DNA of 64,000 nt from TPA_inf: Saccharomyces (taxonomy: Eukaryota): contig BK006941.2 of the NCBI GenBank assembly GCA_000146045.2, positions 96,001 through 160,000 on the forward strand, given 5' to 3'. The position numbers and the translations under genes are program-made. Shown piece by piece: positions 35,525 to 46,245 of the stretch. Numbering within the stretch: position 1 is the first letter of the stretch; every line of letters begins with the position of its first letter. A model generated the notes under the pieces. That model had not been told where the DNA came from. It did not search any database and saw nothing but the letters and a program-made list of their open reading frames with translations.

Positions 35525-38500
35525 ATGACAGCTATCTTAAACTGGGAAGATATATCCCCTGTTTTAGAGAAAGGCACCCGCGAATCACACGTGTCTAAAA
35601 GAGTTCCCTTTTTGCAAGATATATCACAATTAGTTCGTCAAGAAACATTGGAAAAACCTCAATTATCTGAAATTGCTTTCGTTTTATTGAATACCTTCAC
35701 GATTTACGAAGACAATAGGTCTAAAAGTTTGGTAACTTCAATATTGCTTGACATCTTAAATCTAGAGCCATGTCTCCTAGAAAACTTTATCCGATTCATT
35801 TCCGACGTGGTCATCAGTAATCCGGCTACCAAAGCAGTCGCTGATTACCTTAATTTGTTAGATTGGATTAATTCTTTCTTGATTTTTGTGTCGCATAATT
35901 CTAATTTATTTGAAGAGTACATTCCAAAATTGTTGGTCGCCCATTCTTATGCAACGTTCGGTGTGGAAACTATTCTTGACAATCAAGAAGAAGGCAAGAA
36001 ATCCCAAGATAAGCAGAACCAGCATAGAAAGAGAATTCGTTATTGCATTTTCCAAACAACGGTCAAAGCATTCCTTAAGTGCTTGAAGGATAATGACGAC
36101 AGTATTTCCTTCATGAAGATTTCAATTAAAACTGTACTGGAGAGCTACTCTAAGCTGAAGATAACCAGTGTTGGAGTAGTTATGATAATGGGTGCACTAA
36201 CTCAGGCTGCACTTCAGTTATTATCGAGGCAACCAGCTCTGCACTCCGTTTTAAAGGAAAATTCTGCAGAGAAATATTGCGAATATTTGGGCAAAGAAGT
36301 GTTTTTAGGCAAAAACCCACCATCTTCCTTTTGCTTAGAGATTGGTTTGAAGCCATTTTTAAAAGAATTTGTTTCACAAGAGTTATTCATTAAGTTTTTC
36401 ATCCCTAATATTGAAAAAGCAGTTTTAAGATCTCCTGAGGTTGGTTTTTCGATTTTATCTGAGTTATATGCTGGTGTTTCTCCTGAAAAAGTAAATCTCT
36501 TAAATGCCTTTGCTTCCTCGAAACTGATTAATCAATACTTCTCGTCATTTAAAAGCTCAAAAGAGGTAGTTAGATCCGTCTCGCTTCAGTCTATGATAAT
36601 CTTATTGAGAAAAATTTCCAATACTGACACTACCTTGGAAGATTTGACCAAGCTTATTGACGAAATATTTAAGAACATCAAATCGAACTTAAATGCAGAT
36701 TACAAATCACTTATTTCCAAAATTCTCATAGAAATACCCTTAACGCACTATGAGGTTTCAGAAAAAATCTGCAAAGGGCTGTCCCCATATATTGGTAAAG
36801 AAGGTAATGAAGCAGCCTTGACTCTAATGCTTAACGCTTTTTTTGTTCATTATTTTAGTCTGGGCAAACCTATTGAAGACTTGGATAAAATTATATCAGC
36901 TGGTTTTGCAGATAAAAAACCTGCTTTGAAAAAATGCTGGTTTGCCGCATTTTTGAACAATTCCAATGCTGCCTCTGAAGAGGTGATTTTAAACTTTATA
37001 GACGGTTGTTTGGAATTTGTGAAAGACTCCATCATACATTATCAGACTCACGGGCATGCATGTATTCTAGCATCAATTGAATTTACAAACAAAATTTTGG
37101 CATTGGACAATACTGAGCTAAATGATCGTGTTATGCAGCTCATAGAAACCCTTCCTGAAAATTCTTCGATAGGTGATGCTATCTTAACTGCTGCATTATC
37201 AACAGAGCTATCCATCGAAAACCGTATTCATGCTGTTAATTTACTACAAGAATTGTTCTACAAGAAACCCGAATTTATTGGGTTTAGCGTGATTGATGCA
37301 ATTGAAAGGAGAATGCGTGTCCAAGAATTAATACCTCAACAAAATACATCCTTTAAATATGTCACTTCTGTACTACTGGCCATTACGTCTGAGTTACCTG
37401 ACAAGGAAGCCTCGATAAAGGTATTAATCAATGCTCTGGTCATAGCGCAATGGAATATTTTCAACATTAAGAATGGCTGGGCTGGTTTAGTTTTACGTGC
37501 AAGGCTTGATCCAGCTGAAGTTGTCAAAGAACATGCTAGCGTTATCATGGAGAAGATTCTTGAAATCACAGGTAGTTGTGAATGGATAGATACAATTTAT
37601 GGTGCATGCGGTTTGCAAGCAGCTGCCTATGCAGCATTTATTCAGCCTAATGAGTTCACACCGATCCTTTGTAAGACTATCGAAGCAGATTTAACCGCGG
37701 ATGATTTCTCACGTTTATCTGAAGAGGACTTCGAAATTTTTGCAGGAGAGGAAGGTGTTCTGGTGGTTGACGTCCTGGAAGAAAGCATGAATAAGAAACT
37801 TTCCAATAAAAATTCTAAAGAGTACGAAACTCTAATGTGGGAACAAAAAATAAGGAAGGAGCAAGCCAAAAAGAATGTGAAAAAACTTTCAAAAGAGGAA
37901 CAAGAGCTCGTTAATGAACAGTTAGCGAAAGAATCTGCAGTTAGATCACACGTTTCGGAAATTTCCACTCGTTTAAAGCGTGGTATTAGATTGGTATCTG
38001 AACTTTCCAAAGCTGCTTGCTTAGTCCAAAATGGCATCGCTACTTGGTTCCCCTTGGCAGTCACAAAGCTTTTGTACCTATGCTCGGAACCAAATATTTC
38101 AAAGCTAACAGAGGATGTAAATAATGTGTTCTTGCAGCTTTCTCAAAATGTCTCCGAGAGATTAGGTAATATCAGACTTTTCTTAGGTTTGGCGACTTTG
38201 CGTGTGCACAATGCTAATGGCATCTCGCAAGATTATTTACAAGAACCACTGGTTGAATTACTTACAAGAGTTCTTTTTAGGATCAAGTTCGTCTCCAACC
38301 AAGCAGCAATAGATTCCATCAGTTTGACATATATTTTACCATTGTTGATTAATGTTTTAGAAAAGGGTAAGGCGATTGCATTAAAGAATGCGGACAAGCC
38401 TGTTGTTAAGGCTGAGTTTGTTGAAGAAGATGAAGAAGAAGAACATCTGTTACTGGCCATGGAAATTATTTCTGTACACGCTGAAGCTTTTGAGGATCCT

Positions 38501-41500
38501 TCCATTCCGAGAATTTCCATTGTTGAAGTGTTACTATCTCTTCTATCTTTACCCTCAAAAGCGAAGATTGCTAAAGATTGTTTCAACGCTCTGTGCCAAA
38601 GCATATCTGTTGCACCAAATCAAGAAGACCTTGATATGATACTATCAAATTTACTATCACCAAATCAATTTGTCCGTTCAACAATATTAGAAACTCTTGA
38701 TAACGAATTCGAATTAGAACCTTTTATGAAATATTCACCTGAAGTTTTCATTTGCAGATTTGATTCGGATCCTTCCAACCGCGAGATTGCAGATTTCATT
38801 TGGGAGTTCAACAAATTTGTAGTCAACGATGAATTACTAAAAAGCTTATTCCCACTATTCAATCAGGATGATAGTGGCTTGAGATTATTTGCGGCAAACG
38901 CGTACGCATTTGGTGCGGTAAGTCTGTTTACCTCTGAAGAGAACTCCTCGAAAGATTACTTAAATGATTTGCTGAACTTTTATAAAGAAAAGGCAAAGCC
39001 ATTGGAGCCAATTCTTGATCAATTTGGCTTGGTTCTTGTTTCTGCGAGTGAACAAAAAGATCCATGGCAAGGAAGAAGTACCGTTGCTATTACATTAAAA
39101 ATCATGGCTAAGGCTTTTTCTGCAGAGGATGATACTGTCGTTAACATTATAAAATTTTTGGTCGATGATGGAGGTCTAGTAGACAGAGAGCCTATTGTTC
39201 GTCAAGAAATGAAAGAAGCTGGTGTTGAATTAATTACGTTACATGGCTCACAAAACTCGAAGGATTTAATTCCTATATTTGAAGAAGCATTAAGCTCCAG
39301 TACGGACAGTGCCTTAAAAGAGAACGTTATTATTTTGTATGGTACATTAGCAAGACATTTACAGCAAAGTGATGCAAGGATTCACACGATCATTGAAAGA
39401 TTGCTTTCAACTTTGGATACTCCTTCTGCGGATATTCAACAGGCTGTGTCGGCTTGTATAGCACCACTAGTTTTCCAGTTCAAACAAAAAGTTGGTGATT
39501 ACTTGGGTATCCTAATGGAGAAACTGCTGAATCCAACTGTTGCTTCTTCTATGCGGAAAGGTGCCGCTTGGGGTATCGCTGGTTTAGTGAAAGGTTACGG
39601 TATCTCGGCTCTCTCGGAGTTTGACATTATTCGCAACCTCATCGAAGCTGCAGAAGATAAAAAGGAGCCAAAAAGACGTGAATCTGTTGGCTTCTGCTTT
39701 CAATATTTGTCTGAATCTCTAGGAAAGTTTTTTGAACCATATGTGATAGAAATTCTTCCAAATATTTTAAAGAATTTAGGGGATGCTGTTCCTGAAGTTA
39801 GAGATGCAACCGCTCGTGCCACTAAGGCTATAATGGCGCATACTACAGGTTACGGTGTTAAAAAGTTAATTCCAGTTGCTGTTTCTAATTTGGATGAAAT
39901 TGCTTGGAGAACTAAGAGGGGCTCTGTTCAATTGTTGGGTAATATGGCTTATTTAGATCCTACTCAATTGTCAGCTTCTTTGTCCACCATTGTCCCAGAA
40001 ATTGTTGGTGTATTGAACGACTCTCACAAAGAGGTGCGTAAGGCCGCTGATGAATCCTTGAAAAGATTCGGTGAAGTTATCAGAAATCCGGAAATTCAGA
40101 AATTGGTGCCCGTACTTTTGCAAGCTATCGGTGATCCAACAAAATACACTGAAGAGGCCTTGGATTCGTTAATTCAAACACAATTTGTCCATTATATTGA
40201 TGGTCCTTCACTAGCACTAATTATTCATATTATTCATCGTGGTATGCATGATAGATCTGCCAACATTAAGAGGAAAGCATGTAAGATCGTGGGCAATATG
40301 GCCATTTTGGTTGATACCAAAGATCTCATCCCATATTTACAACAGCTGATAGATGAAGTGGAGATTGCTATGGTGGATCCAGTTCCAAATACTAGAGCCA
40401 CAGCAGCACGTGCTTTGGGTGCTTTGGTAGAAAGGTTAGGTGAAGAGCAATTCCCAGATTTGATTCCTCGTCTACTAGATACCTTAAGTGACGAATCAAA
40501 ATCTGGTGATCGTCTCGGTTCTGCTCAAGCTCTAGCTGAAGTTATTAGTGGCTTGGGCTTGACCAAGTTGGATGAGATGTTACCAACCATTTTAGCTGGT
40601 GTAACCAATTTTCGTGCTTATATCAGGGAAGGATTCATGCCTTTGCTGCTTTTCCTTCCTGTTTGTTTTGGATCACAATTTGCTCCATACATTAATCAGA
40701 TTATTCAGCCTATTCTTTCCGGATTGGCCGATAATGATGAAAATATTCGCGATACTGCTTTGAAGGCTGGTAAATTAATTGTCAAAAACTACGCTACAAA
40801 GGCCGTTGATTTGTTGTTGCCTGAATTAGAAAGGGGTATGTTCGATGAAAATGACAGAATTCGCTTATCTTCTGTTCAATTAACCGGAGAACTATTGTTC
40901 CAAGTTACTGGTATTTCCTCCAGGAACGAATTTTCTGAGGAAGATGGTGATCATAATGGTGAATTCTCTGGTAAATTGGTCGATGTACTTGGCCAAGACC
41001 GTCGTGATAGAATTTTAGCCGCATTATTTGTATGCAGGAACGACACTTCTGGTATCGTACGTGCTACGACGGTTGACATTTGGAAGGCATTGGTTCCAAA
41101 TACTCCAAGAGCTGTGAAAGAGATCCTTCCAACATTGACTGGTATGATAGTCACTCACTTGGCTTCATCATCCAATGTATTACGCAACATTGCTGCTCAG
41201 ACCTTAGGTGATCTTGTCCGTCGTGTAGGTGGTAATGCTTTGTCCCAACTGTTACCAAGTTTGGAGGAATCTTTGATAGAAACATCAAACTCAGATTCGA
41301 GACAAGGTGTTTGTATTGCTCTTTATGAGTTAATTGAATCGGCTTCTACGGAAACGATATCACAGTTCCAATCTACCATCGTTAACATTATTCGTACGGC
41401 ATTAATTGATGAGTCGGCTACTGTCAGAGAAGCGGCTGCATTATCTTTTGATGTATTCCAAGATGTTGTAGGAAAAACTGCTGTTGATGAAGTTTTACCA

Positions 41501-43543
41501 TATTTGTTGCATATGCTTGAATCTTCTGATAATTCTGACTTTGCTTTGTTAGGTTTACAAGAAATTATGTCGAAGAAGTCCGACGTAATCTTCCCAATTT
41601 TAATTCCAACCCTATTAGCCCCTCCAATAGACGCCTTCAGGGCTTCTGCTTTAGGTTCTTTGGCGGAAGTTGCTGGCTCAGCCTTATACAAGCGTTTATC
41701 AATTATAATCAACGCACTAGTGGATGCAATCATAGGTACTTCTGAAGATGAATCGACCAAGGGTGCATTAGAACTTGCATTAGACAGGGTATTCTTATCT
41801 GTGAATGATGACGAAGGTCTTCACCCATTACTTCAACAGATTATGTCACTACTAAAGAGTGATAATATAGAGAAACGCATAGCTGTTTTAGAACGTTTGC
41901 CAAATTTCTTCGATAAGACTGTTCTTGATTTTGATGTCTATATTCCGAACTTTGTCTCTCACGCAATTTTATCATTAGATGATGAAGATCAAAGGGTTGT
42001 TAATGGTAACTTCAATGCTTTGTCTACTTTGTTGAAGAAGGTTGATAAGCCCACCTTAGAAAAATTAGTTAAGCCTGCTAAACAGTCATTGGCATTAACA
42101 GGCAGGCAAGGTCAAGATGTCGCTGCATTTAAGCTTCCAAGAGGCCCTAACTGTGTTTTGCCTATTTTCTTGCATGGTTTGATGTATGGTTCGAATGATG
42201 AAAGGGAAGAATCTGCATTAGCCATTGCTGACGTTGTTTCGAAGACCCCTGCCGCTAACTTGAAGCCATTTGTGAGCGTAATTACTGGTCCATTAATTCG
42301 TGTCGTGGGTGAAAGATTTAGTAGTGATATCAAAGCAGCAATTTTATTTGCACTTAATGTGCTATTCATTAAGATTCCAATGTTCTTGAGGCCTTTTATC
42401 CCTCAATTACAAAGAACATTTGTTAAATCCTTGTCTGACGCTACCAATGAAACGTTACGTCTCCGCGCCGCAAAGGCTCTTGGTGCCCTGATTGAACATC
42501 AGCCTCGTGTTGACCCTCTAGTCATTGAACTGGTGACAGGTGCCAAGCAAGCCACAGATGAAGGTGTCAAGACTGCGATGCTTAAAGCTTTACTGGAAGT
42601 TATTATGAAGGCTGGTTCCAAATTAAACGAAAATTCTAAGACAAACATTGTCAATTTAGTTGAGGAAGAAATGTTGGGTAGCAATGACAAATTGGCAGTT
42701 GCTTACGCTAAATTAATCGGATCGTTATCAGAGATTTTGTCGAACGACGAAGCCCACAAGATATTGCAAGACAAGGTTTTGAATGCAGATCTAGATGGAG
42801 AAACCGGTAAGTTTGCTATTCTGACTTTGAATTCCTTTTTGAAAGATGCACCAACACATATATTCAATACGGGCTTGATAGACGAATTTGTAAGTTACAT
42901 TTTGAATGCAATCCGTTCCCCTGATGTTTACTTCGGAGAAAATGGTACCATTGCTGCTGGTAAATTACTTTTATTAGAAGGAGAAAAGAGGTCTCCATTT
43001 GTTAAAAAGGATGCTGCAGAACCATTCAAAATTGGCGATGAAAACATCAATCTGTTAATTAATGAGTTGAGCAAAGCTGTCTTACAACCAGCCAGTAATT
43101 CTACGGATGTAAGAAGGTTGGCCTTGGTGGTTATAAGAACACTAGCCAGATTCAAATTTGACGAGTGCATTAAGCAATACTTCGATGTAGTAGGACCATC
43201 TGTATTTTCTTGCTTGCGTGATCCTGTTATCCCAATTAAGCTCGCAGCAGAAAAAGCATATTTAGCTTTGTTCAAATTGGTTGAAGAAGATGACATGCAT
43301 ACTTTCAACGAGTGGTTTGCTAAAATTTCAGATCGCGGTAACAGCATCGAAACTGTCACAGGTACTACAATTCAATTACGGTCTGTTGGGGACTATACCA
43401 AGAGGGTTGGTAAAAGGTTAGCAAATGTCGAAAGAGAAAGGATTGCTGCCGGAGGAGACGCGGAAACAATGTTTAGTGACAGATTTGAAGATGAAAGAGA
43501 AATATGGGCTGTCGGAGGTGTTGAATTAACCACTGATATTTGA
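35525..43543 (+). CDS. GCN1: Gcn2 activator / ribosome-associated HEAT-repeat protein, 2672 aa
   Basis: MTAILNWEDISPVLEKGTRESHVSKRVPFLQDISQ… The track start at 35522 is GTG; the ATG is at 35525. HEAT repeats run throughout, and the eEF3-like central region is present. Length 2672 aa. Confidence 0.95.
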   Translation: MTAILNWEDISPVLEKGTRESHVSKRVPFLQDISQLVRQETLEKPQLSEIAFVLLNTFTIYEDNRSKSLVTSILLDILNLEPCLLENFIRFISDVVISNPATKAVADYLNLLDWINSFLIFVSHNSNLFEEYIPKLLVAHSYATFGVETILDNQEEGKKSQDKQNQHRKRIRYCIFQTTVKAFLKCLKDNDDSISFMKISIKTVLESYSKLKITSVGVVMIMGALTQAALQLLSRQPALHSVLKENSAEKYCEYLGKEVFLGKNPPSSFCLEIGLKPFLKEFVSQELFIKFFIPNIEKAVLRSPEVGFSILSELYAGVSPEKVNLLNAFASSKLINQYFSSFKSSKEVVRSVSLQSMIILLRKISNTDTTLEDLTKLIDEIFKNIKSNLNADYKSLISKILIEIPLTHYEVSEKICKGLSPYIGKEGNEAALTLMLNAFFVHYFSLGKPIEDLDKIISAGFADKKPALKKCWFAAFLNNSNAASEEVILNFIDGCLEFVKDSIIHYQTHGHACILASIEFTNKILALDNTELNDRVMQLIETLPENSSIGDAILTAALSTELSIENRIHAVNLLQELFYKKPEFIGFSVIDAIERRMRVQELIPQQNTSFKYVTSVLLAITSELPDKEASIKVLINALVIAQWNIFNIKNGWAGLVLRARLDPAEVVKEHASVIMEKILEITGSCEWIDTIYGACGLQAAAYAAFIQPNEFTPILCKTIEADLTADDFSRLSEEDFEIFAGEEGVLVVDVLEESMNKKLSNKNSKEYETLMWEQKIRKEQAKKNVKKLSKEEQELVNEQLAKESAVRSHVSEISTRLKRGIRLVSELSKAACLVQNGIATWFPLAVTKLLYLCSEPNISKLTEDVNNVFLQLSQNVSERLGNIRLFLGLATLRVHNANGISQDYLQEPLVELLTRVLFRIKFVSNQAAIDSISLTYILPLLINVLEKGKAIALKNADKPVVKAEFVEEDEEEEHLLLAMEIISVHAEAFEDPSIPRISIVEVLLSLLSLPSKAKIAKDCFNALCQSISVAPNQEDLDMILSNLLSPNQFVRSTILETLDNEFELEPFMKYSPEVFICRFDSDPSNREIADFIWEFNKFVVNDELLKSLFPLFNQDDSGLRLFAANAYAFGAVSLFTSEENSSKDYLNDLLNFYKEKAKPLEPILDQFGLVLVSASEQKDPWQGRSTVAITLKIMAKAFSAEDDTVVNIIKFLVDDGGLVDREPIVRQEMKEAGVELITLHGSQNSKDLIPIFEEALSSSTDSALKENVIILYGTLARHLQQSDARIHTIIERLLSTLDTPSADIQQAVSACIAPLVFQFKQKVGDYLGILMEKLLNPTVASSMRKGAAWGIAGLVKGYGISALSEFDIIRNLIEAAEDKKEPKRRESVGFCFQYLSESLGKFFEPYVIEILPNILKNLGDAVPEVRDATARATKAIMAHTTGYGVKKLIPVAVSNLDEIAWRTKRGSVQLLGNMAYLDPTQLSASLSTIVPEIVGVLNDSHKEVRKAADESLKRFGEVIRNPEIQKLVPVLLQAIGDPTKYTEEALDSLIQTQFVHYIDGPSLALIIHIIHRGMHDRSANIKRKACKIVGNMAILVDTKDLIPYLQQLIDEVEIAMVDPVPNTRATAARALGALVERLGEEQFPDLIPRLLDTLSDESKSGDRLGSAQALAEVISGLGLTKLDEMLPTILAGVTNFRAYIREGFMPLLLFLPVCFGSQFAPYINQIIQPILSGLADNDENIRDTALKAGKLIVKNYATKAVDLLLPELERGMFDENDRIRLSSVQLTGELLFQVTGISSRNEFSEEDGDHNGEFSGKLVDVLGQDRRDRILAALFVCRNDTSGIVRATTVDIWKALVPNTPRAVKEILPTLTGMIVTHLASSSNVLRNIAAQTLGDLVRRVGGNALSQLLPSLEESLIETSNSDSRQGVCIALYELIESASTETISQFQSTIVNIIRTALIDESATVREAAALSFDVFQDVVGKTAVDEVLPYLLHMLESSDNSDFALLGLQEIMSKKSDVIFPILIPTLLAPPIDAFRASALGSLAEVAGSALYKRLSIIINALVDAIIGTSEDESTKGALELALDRVFLSVNDDEGLHPLLQQIMSLLKSDNIEKRIAVLERLPNFFDKTVLDFDVYIPNFVSHAILSLDDEDQRVVNGNFNALSTLLKKVDKPTLEKLVKPAKQSLALTGRQGQDVAAFKLPRGPNCVLPIFLHGLMYGSNDEREESALAIADVVSKTPAANLKPFVSVITGPLIRVVGERFSSDIKAAILFALNVLFIKIPMFLRPFIPQLQRTFVKSLSDATNETLRLRAAKALGALIEHQPRVDPLVIELVTGAKQATDEGVKTAMLKALLEVIMKAGSKLNENSKTNIVNLVEEEMLGSNDKLAVAYAKLIGSLSEILSNDEAHKILQDKVLNADLDGETGKFAILTLNSFLKDAPTHIFNTGLIDEFVSYILNAIRSPDVYFGENGTIAAGKLLLLEGEKRSPFVKKDAAEPFKIGDENINLLINELSKAVLQPASNSTDVRRLALVVIRTLARFKFDECIKQYFDVVGPSVFSCLRDPVIPIKLAAEKAYLALFKLVEEDDMHTFNEWFAKISDRGNSIETVTGTTIQLRSVGDYTKRVGKRLANVERERIAAGGDAETMFSDRFEDEREIWAVGGVELTTDI

Positions 43544-44293
43544 AGAAAATTCAATGTGGTAACCTCGTTACTTTTTGTATTTGATATATTATTCTCGTTA
43601 TATAATACATACCACATAATGATATAAAAGACAAAGATATTTTGAAGTCTTCCGCTGTGCATAAGGGTTATTTATATATCTATTGCTCCCAGCATTGTAG
43701 CTAATAAGGGCTTGATAATTATTCGTACCCGGATTCATAATTGTCAACTAACTGCCAAACCCAGCGCTCTAATAGTGGCGAGACTTGCCACCACATCATA
43801 TCGTTACGATCTGTATTGGCGATTCCTAAACACCAAATAACTGTCGACTTTAAATAGCGTCTCAGAAATAACTTATAAGAGAGGTTTATTATTAGAACTA
43901 TCAATAAAATTAGAGCAATAATTTTAAACGGTTTGATACAAGTTATCTCTTTATTAGACATAATTGTCCAGATGTATTACATGAACTGAGTGACTTGCTC
44001 TAATGTTGTAGACACTGATGTCCGGTTTAATTAAGAAAGATTTTGGAAGTTTCACGATATCGATAATGCTGCGGGAGAAGCTTTCAAATTATAAGAAAAG
44101 GCTTTTTTTTGTTGTTTTCAGAGTAGTTTGGTGACTTGTCCGTTTCAGAAGTGTCTCGAATACGGAGTGCACCTTCCAAAAATGTTTCTGACGGCATCGA
44201 AGAGCCGAACTCTTATACAATACATGTCATTTTTAACAATGATGCAAATAACTTTTAAGGCCTTAACACTCTACATAATATGCTAAAAACATT

Positions 44294-44336
44294 AAAAAAA
44301 AAAAAAGGAAAATAAAAAAAAAAAAAAAAAAAAAAA
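44294..44336. repeat. bipartite poly(dA:dT) tract (A13…A23) between convergent GCN1 and HOS2 3' ends
   Basis: attaaaaaaaaaaaaaggaaaataaaaaaaaaaaaaaaaaaaaaaacggg. It lies about 30 bp beyond the HOS2 stop and is T-rich on the HOS2 sense strand. Likely part of the 3'-end processing / nucleosome-free region. Confidence 0.9.
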
Positions 44337-44367
44337 CGGGAGATTAACCGAATAGCAAACTCTTAAA

Positions 44368-45726
44368 CTATGAAAAGGCAATCAATCCACTGTTTTCTTT
44401 TTCCATTTCTTCTAGCCTATTTGAACTGTCTGCTTCTGTTTCTTCATTCATTTCTTGAATGATTTTATCCTCTTCTTCTGTCAGGGCACTTATATCTTGT
44501 GTCGGTATGCATTCAGCATCCATTCTGACACTTGGTGCTCCTTGCAAGTATCTGATATTTTCTAGACATCGTATTCTAATGTCTTCCAGTAGTTTTTTAC
44601 TGTTTTTGTTTTCGTATAAGTCATCTAACATAGGATAAAGTGAATAATCCGGCCCGAATGAGTCCCGGAATGGGATATCTTCGGGGATGTCTTCTGGTAG
44701 CAAGACATCATTTAAAATTCCTGTCTCGTAGGTCCAAAGCCGTGATACATTTCTAGGTGTATAACCTCCACCGCCCACTACTAGCATTGGTAGACCAAAT
44801 GATTTGACAAATTTTACGCATTCTCCATGTGCCTTTATATTTAAATTGAAGCATCCTAAGCGATCATGACCTAAGGAATCCGCACCGCATTGTTGGACAA
44901 TAAGTGTTGGTTTGAAAGTCATTATTAGAGGATCTACAATTGACTTGAAAAGGTTTATATATGAGTCGTCATCTATGCCATCTTCTAGGGGTACATTTAA
45001 TGCGAAATGTTTTCCTTTGTCGCAACCAATTTCTGTCAGATCACCAGTTCCTGGGAAAAATTCGCCATTATATTTATGAAAAGACAACGTGAAGACCCTA
45101 TCTGTGGTGTAAAATGCCTCCTGGACACCATCGCCGTGATGTAAGTCGATATCGATATAAAGGATTCTTGGGTGATATCGTAATAAGTTCAAAATAGAAA
45201 GCACAATATCATTTACATAGCAAAACCCAGATGGACTATTCTTTTTTGCATGATGAAGACCACCAGACCAATTTATCGCTATGTCCGATTGATTGTTGAT
45301 TAGTTTCCTGGTGGCGTCAAGGCTCGCACCAGTGTATAGTGTTGTATAATCATATAAATTTTGAAAAATAGGACAGTCGTCTCCAATGTTAAAATTTTCA
45401 AGTGTGCCTCTGGGCAGTTTGTTTGCATTTTCTGGTGAAACCTTCGAGAGAAAATTCACGTAGTCTTCCGAGTGAAATTGTAGTAATTCGTCTCTGGTAG
45501 CGCTTCTTGTTTCATAAAGGTCCATAATCTTGTGCAATCCATAAGAGGAAACTAGGTGATCCGTTAGCATTAACCGAAACGGCTTCATTGGATGCTTAAC
45601 ACCATAATGGTAATGTGAAACTTTGGAGTTAAAATGATACGATACCCTGGGAGAATAAGCAGAATTAAACTCAAATAATGGTTCGTTCTCCTTTGTTTTC
45701 ACATCATAACTAAATGTTCCAGACAT
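44368..45726 (-). CDS. HOS2: class I histone deacetylase (Set3 complex subunit), 452 aa
   Basis: [20 protein letters not shown]…[15 protein letters not shown]…GFCYVNDIV…[14 protein letters not shown]… Classic HDAC class I catalytic motifs. Length 452 aa. Confidence 0.95.
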
Positions 45727-45915
45727 GTTGCGTGTTGTTATTCACTTGATACCTGATTTTAACGTACTTGAGTAATCTGGCGTCTTTTCTATAACTGTAC
45801 ATTGGCGACACACCTAAAACTGATTAGAATCGTTTCAAGATGCTTTCAGTTCAACATTTAGTAACATAGTAGGAATATCACGTTTAACGATGCCCCAAAG
45901 AACATCGAGAATCCT

Positions 45916-46227
45916 CTATATAGAGTATAAACAGGGCATTCTACATTGGTATAGAGGTGCCTTAGGTATATAGTGGTACCGGTCACATAAATTGACGGGA
46001 ATATGCGTCTTTAGGCGGCTTTTGGCGTACAGTATTGTTCTTTCTTTCGTGCTTGTGAAACTTGTTATAAACAAAGAAAGAGAAAGATCTCCCCGGCATT
46101 CTGGAAGATCGGTAACCGCTGGAGCTATAGGAAAGGGAGATGGATAACAGTAAAGAAAACGGACCATATAAGTTAGCATTGGGGGTTTTCGAAAAAAATA
46201 AGAATTGGCATTCAGACTTGAATTCAT
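45916..46227 (-). CDS. small ORF, 103 aa, divergent from IME4 with start codons only 19 bp apart; position corresponds to haploid-specific YGL193C
   Basis: [47 protein letters not shown]… has no recognisable domain. Its ATG at 46227 sits 19 bp from the IME4 ATG at 46246 on the opposite strand. Confidence 0.4.
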
Positions 46228-46245
46228 AAAAGTTGTAAGCAGGCT

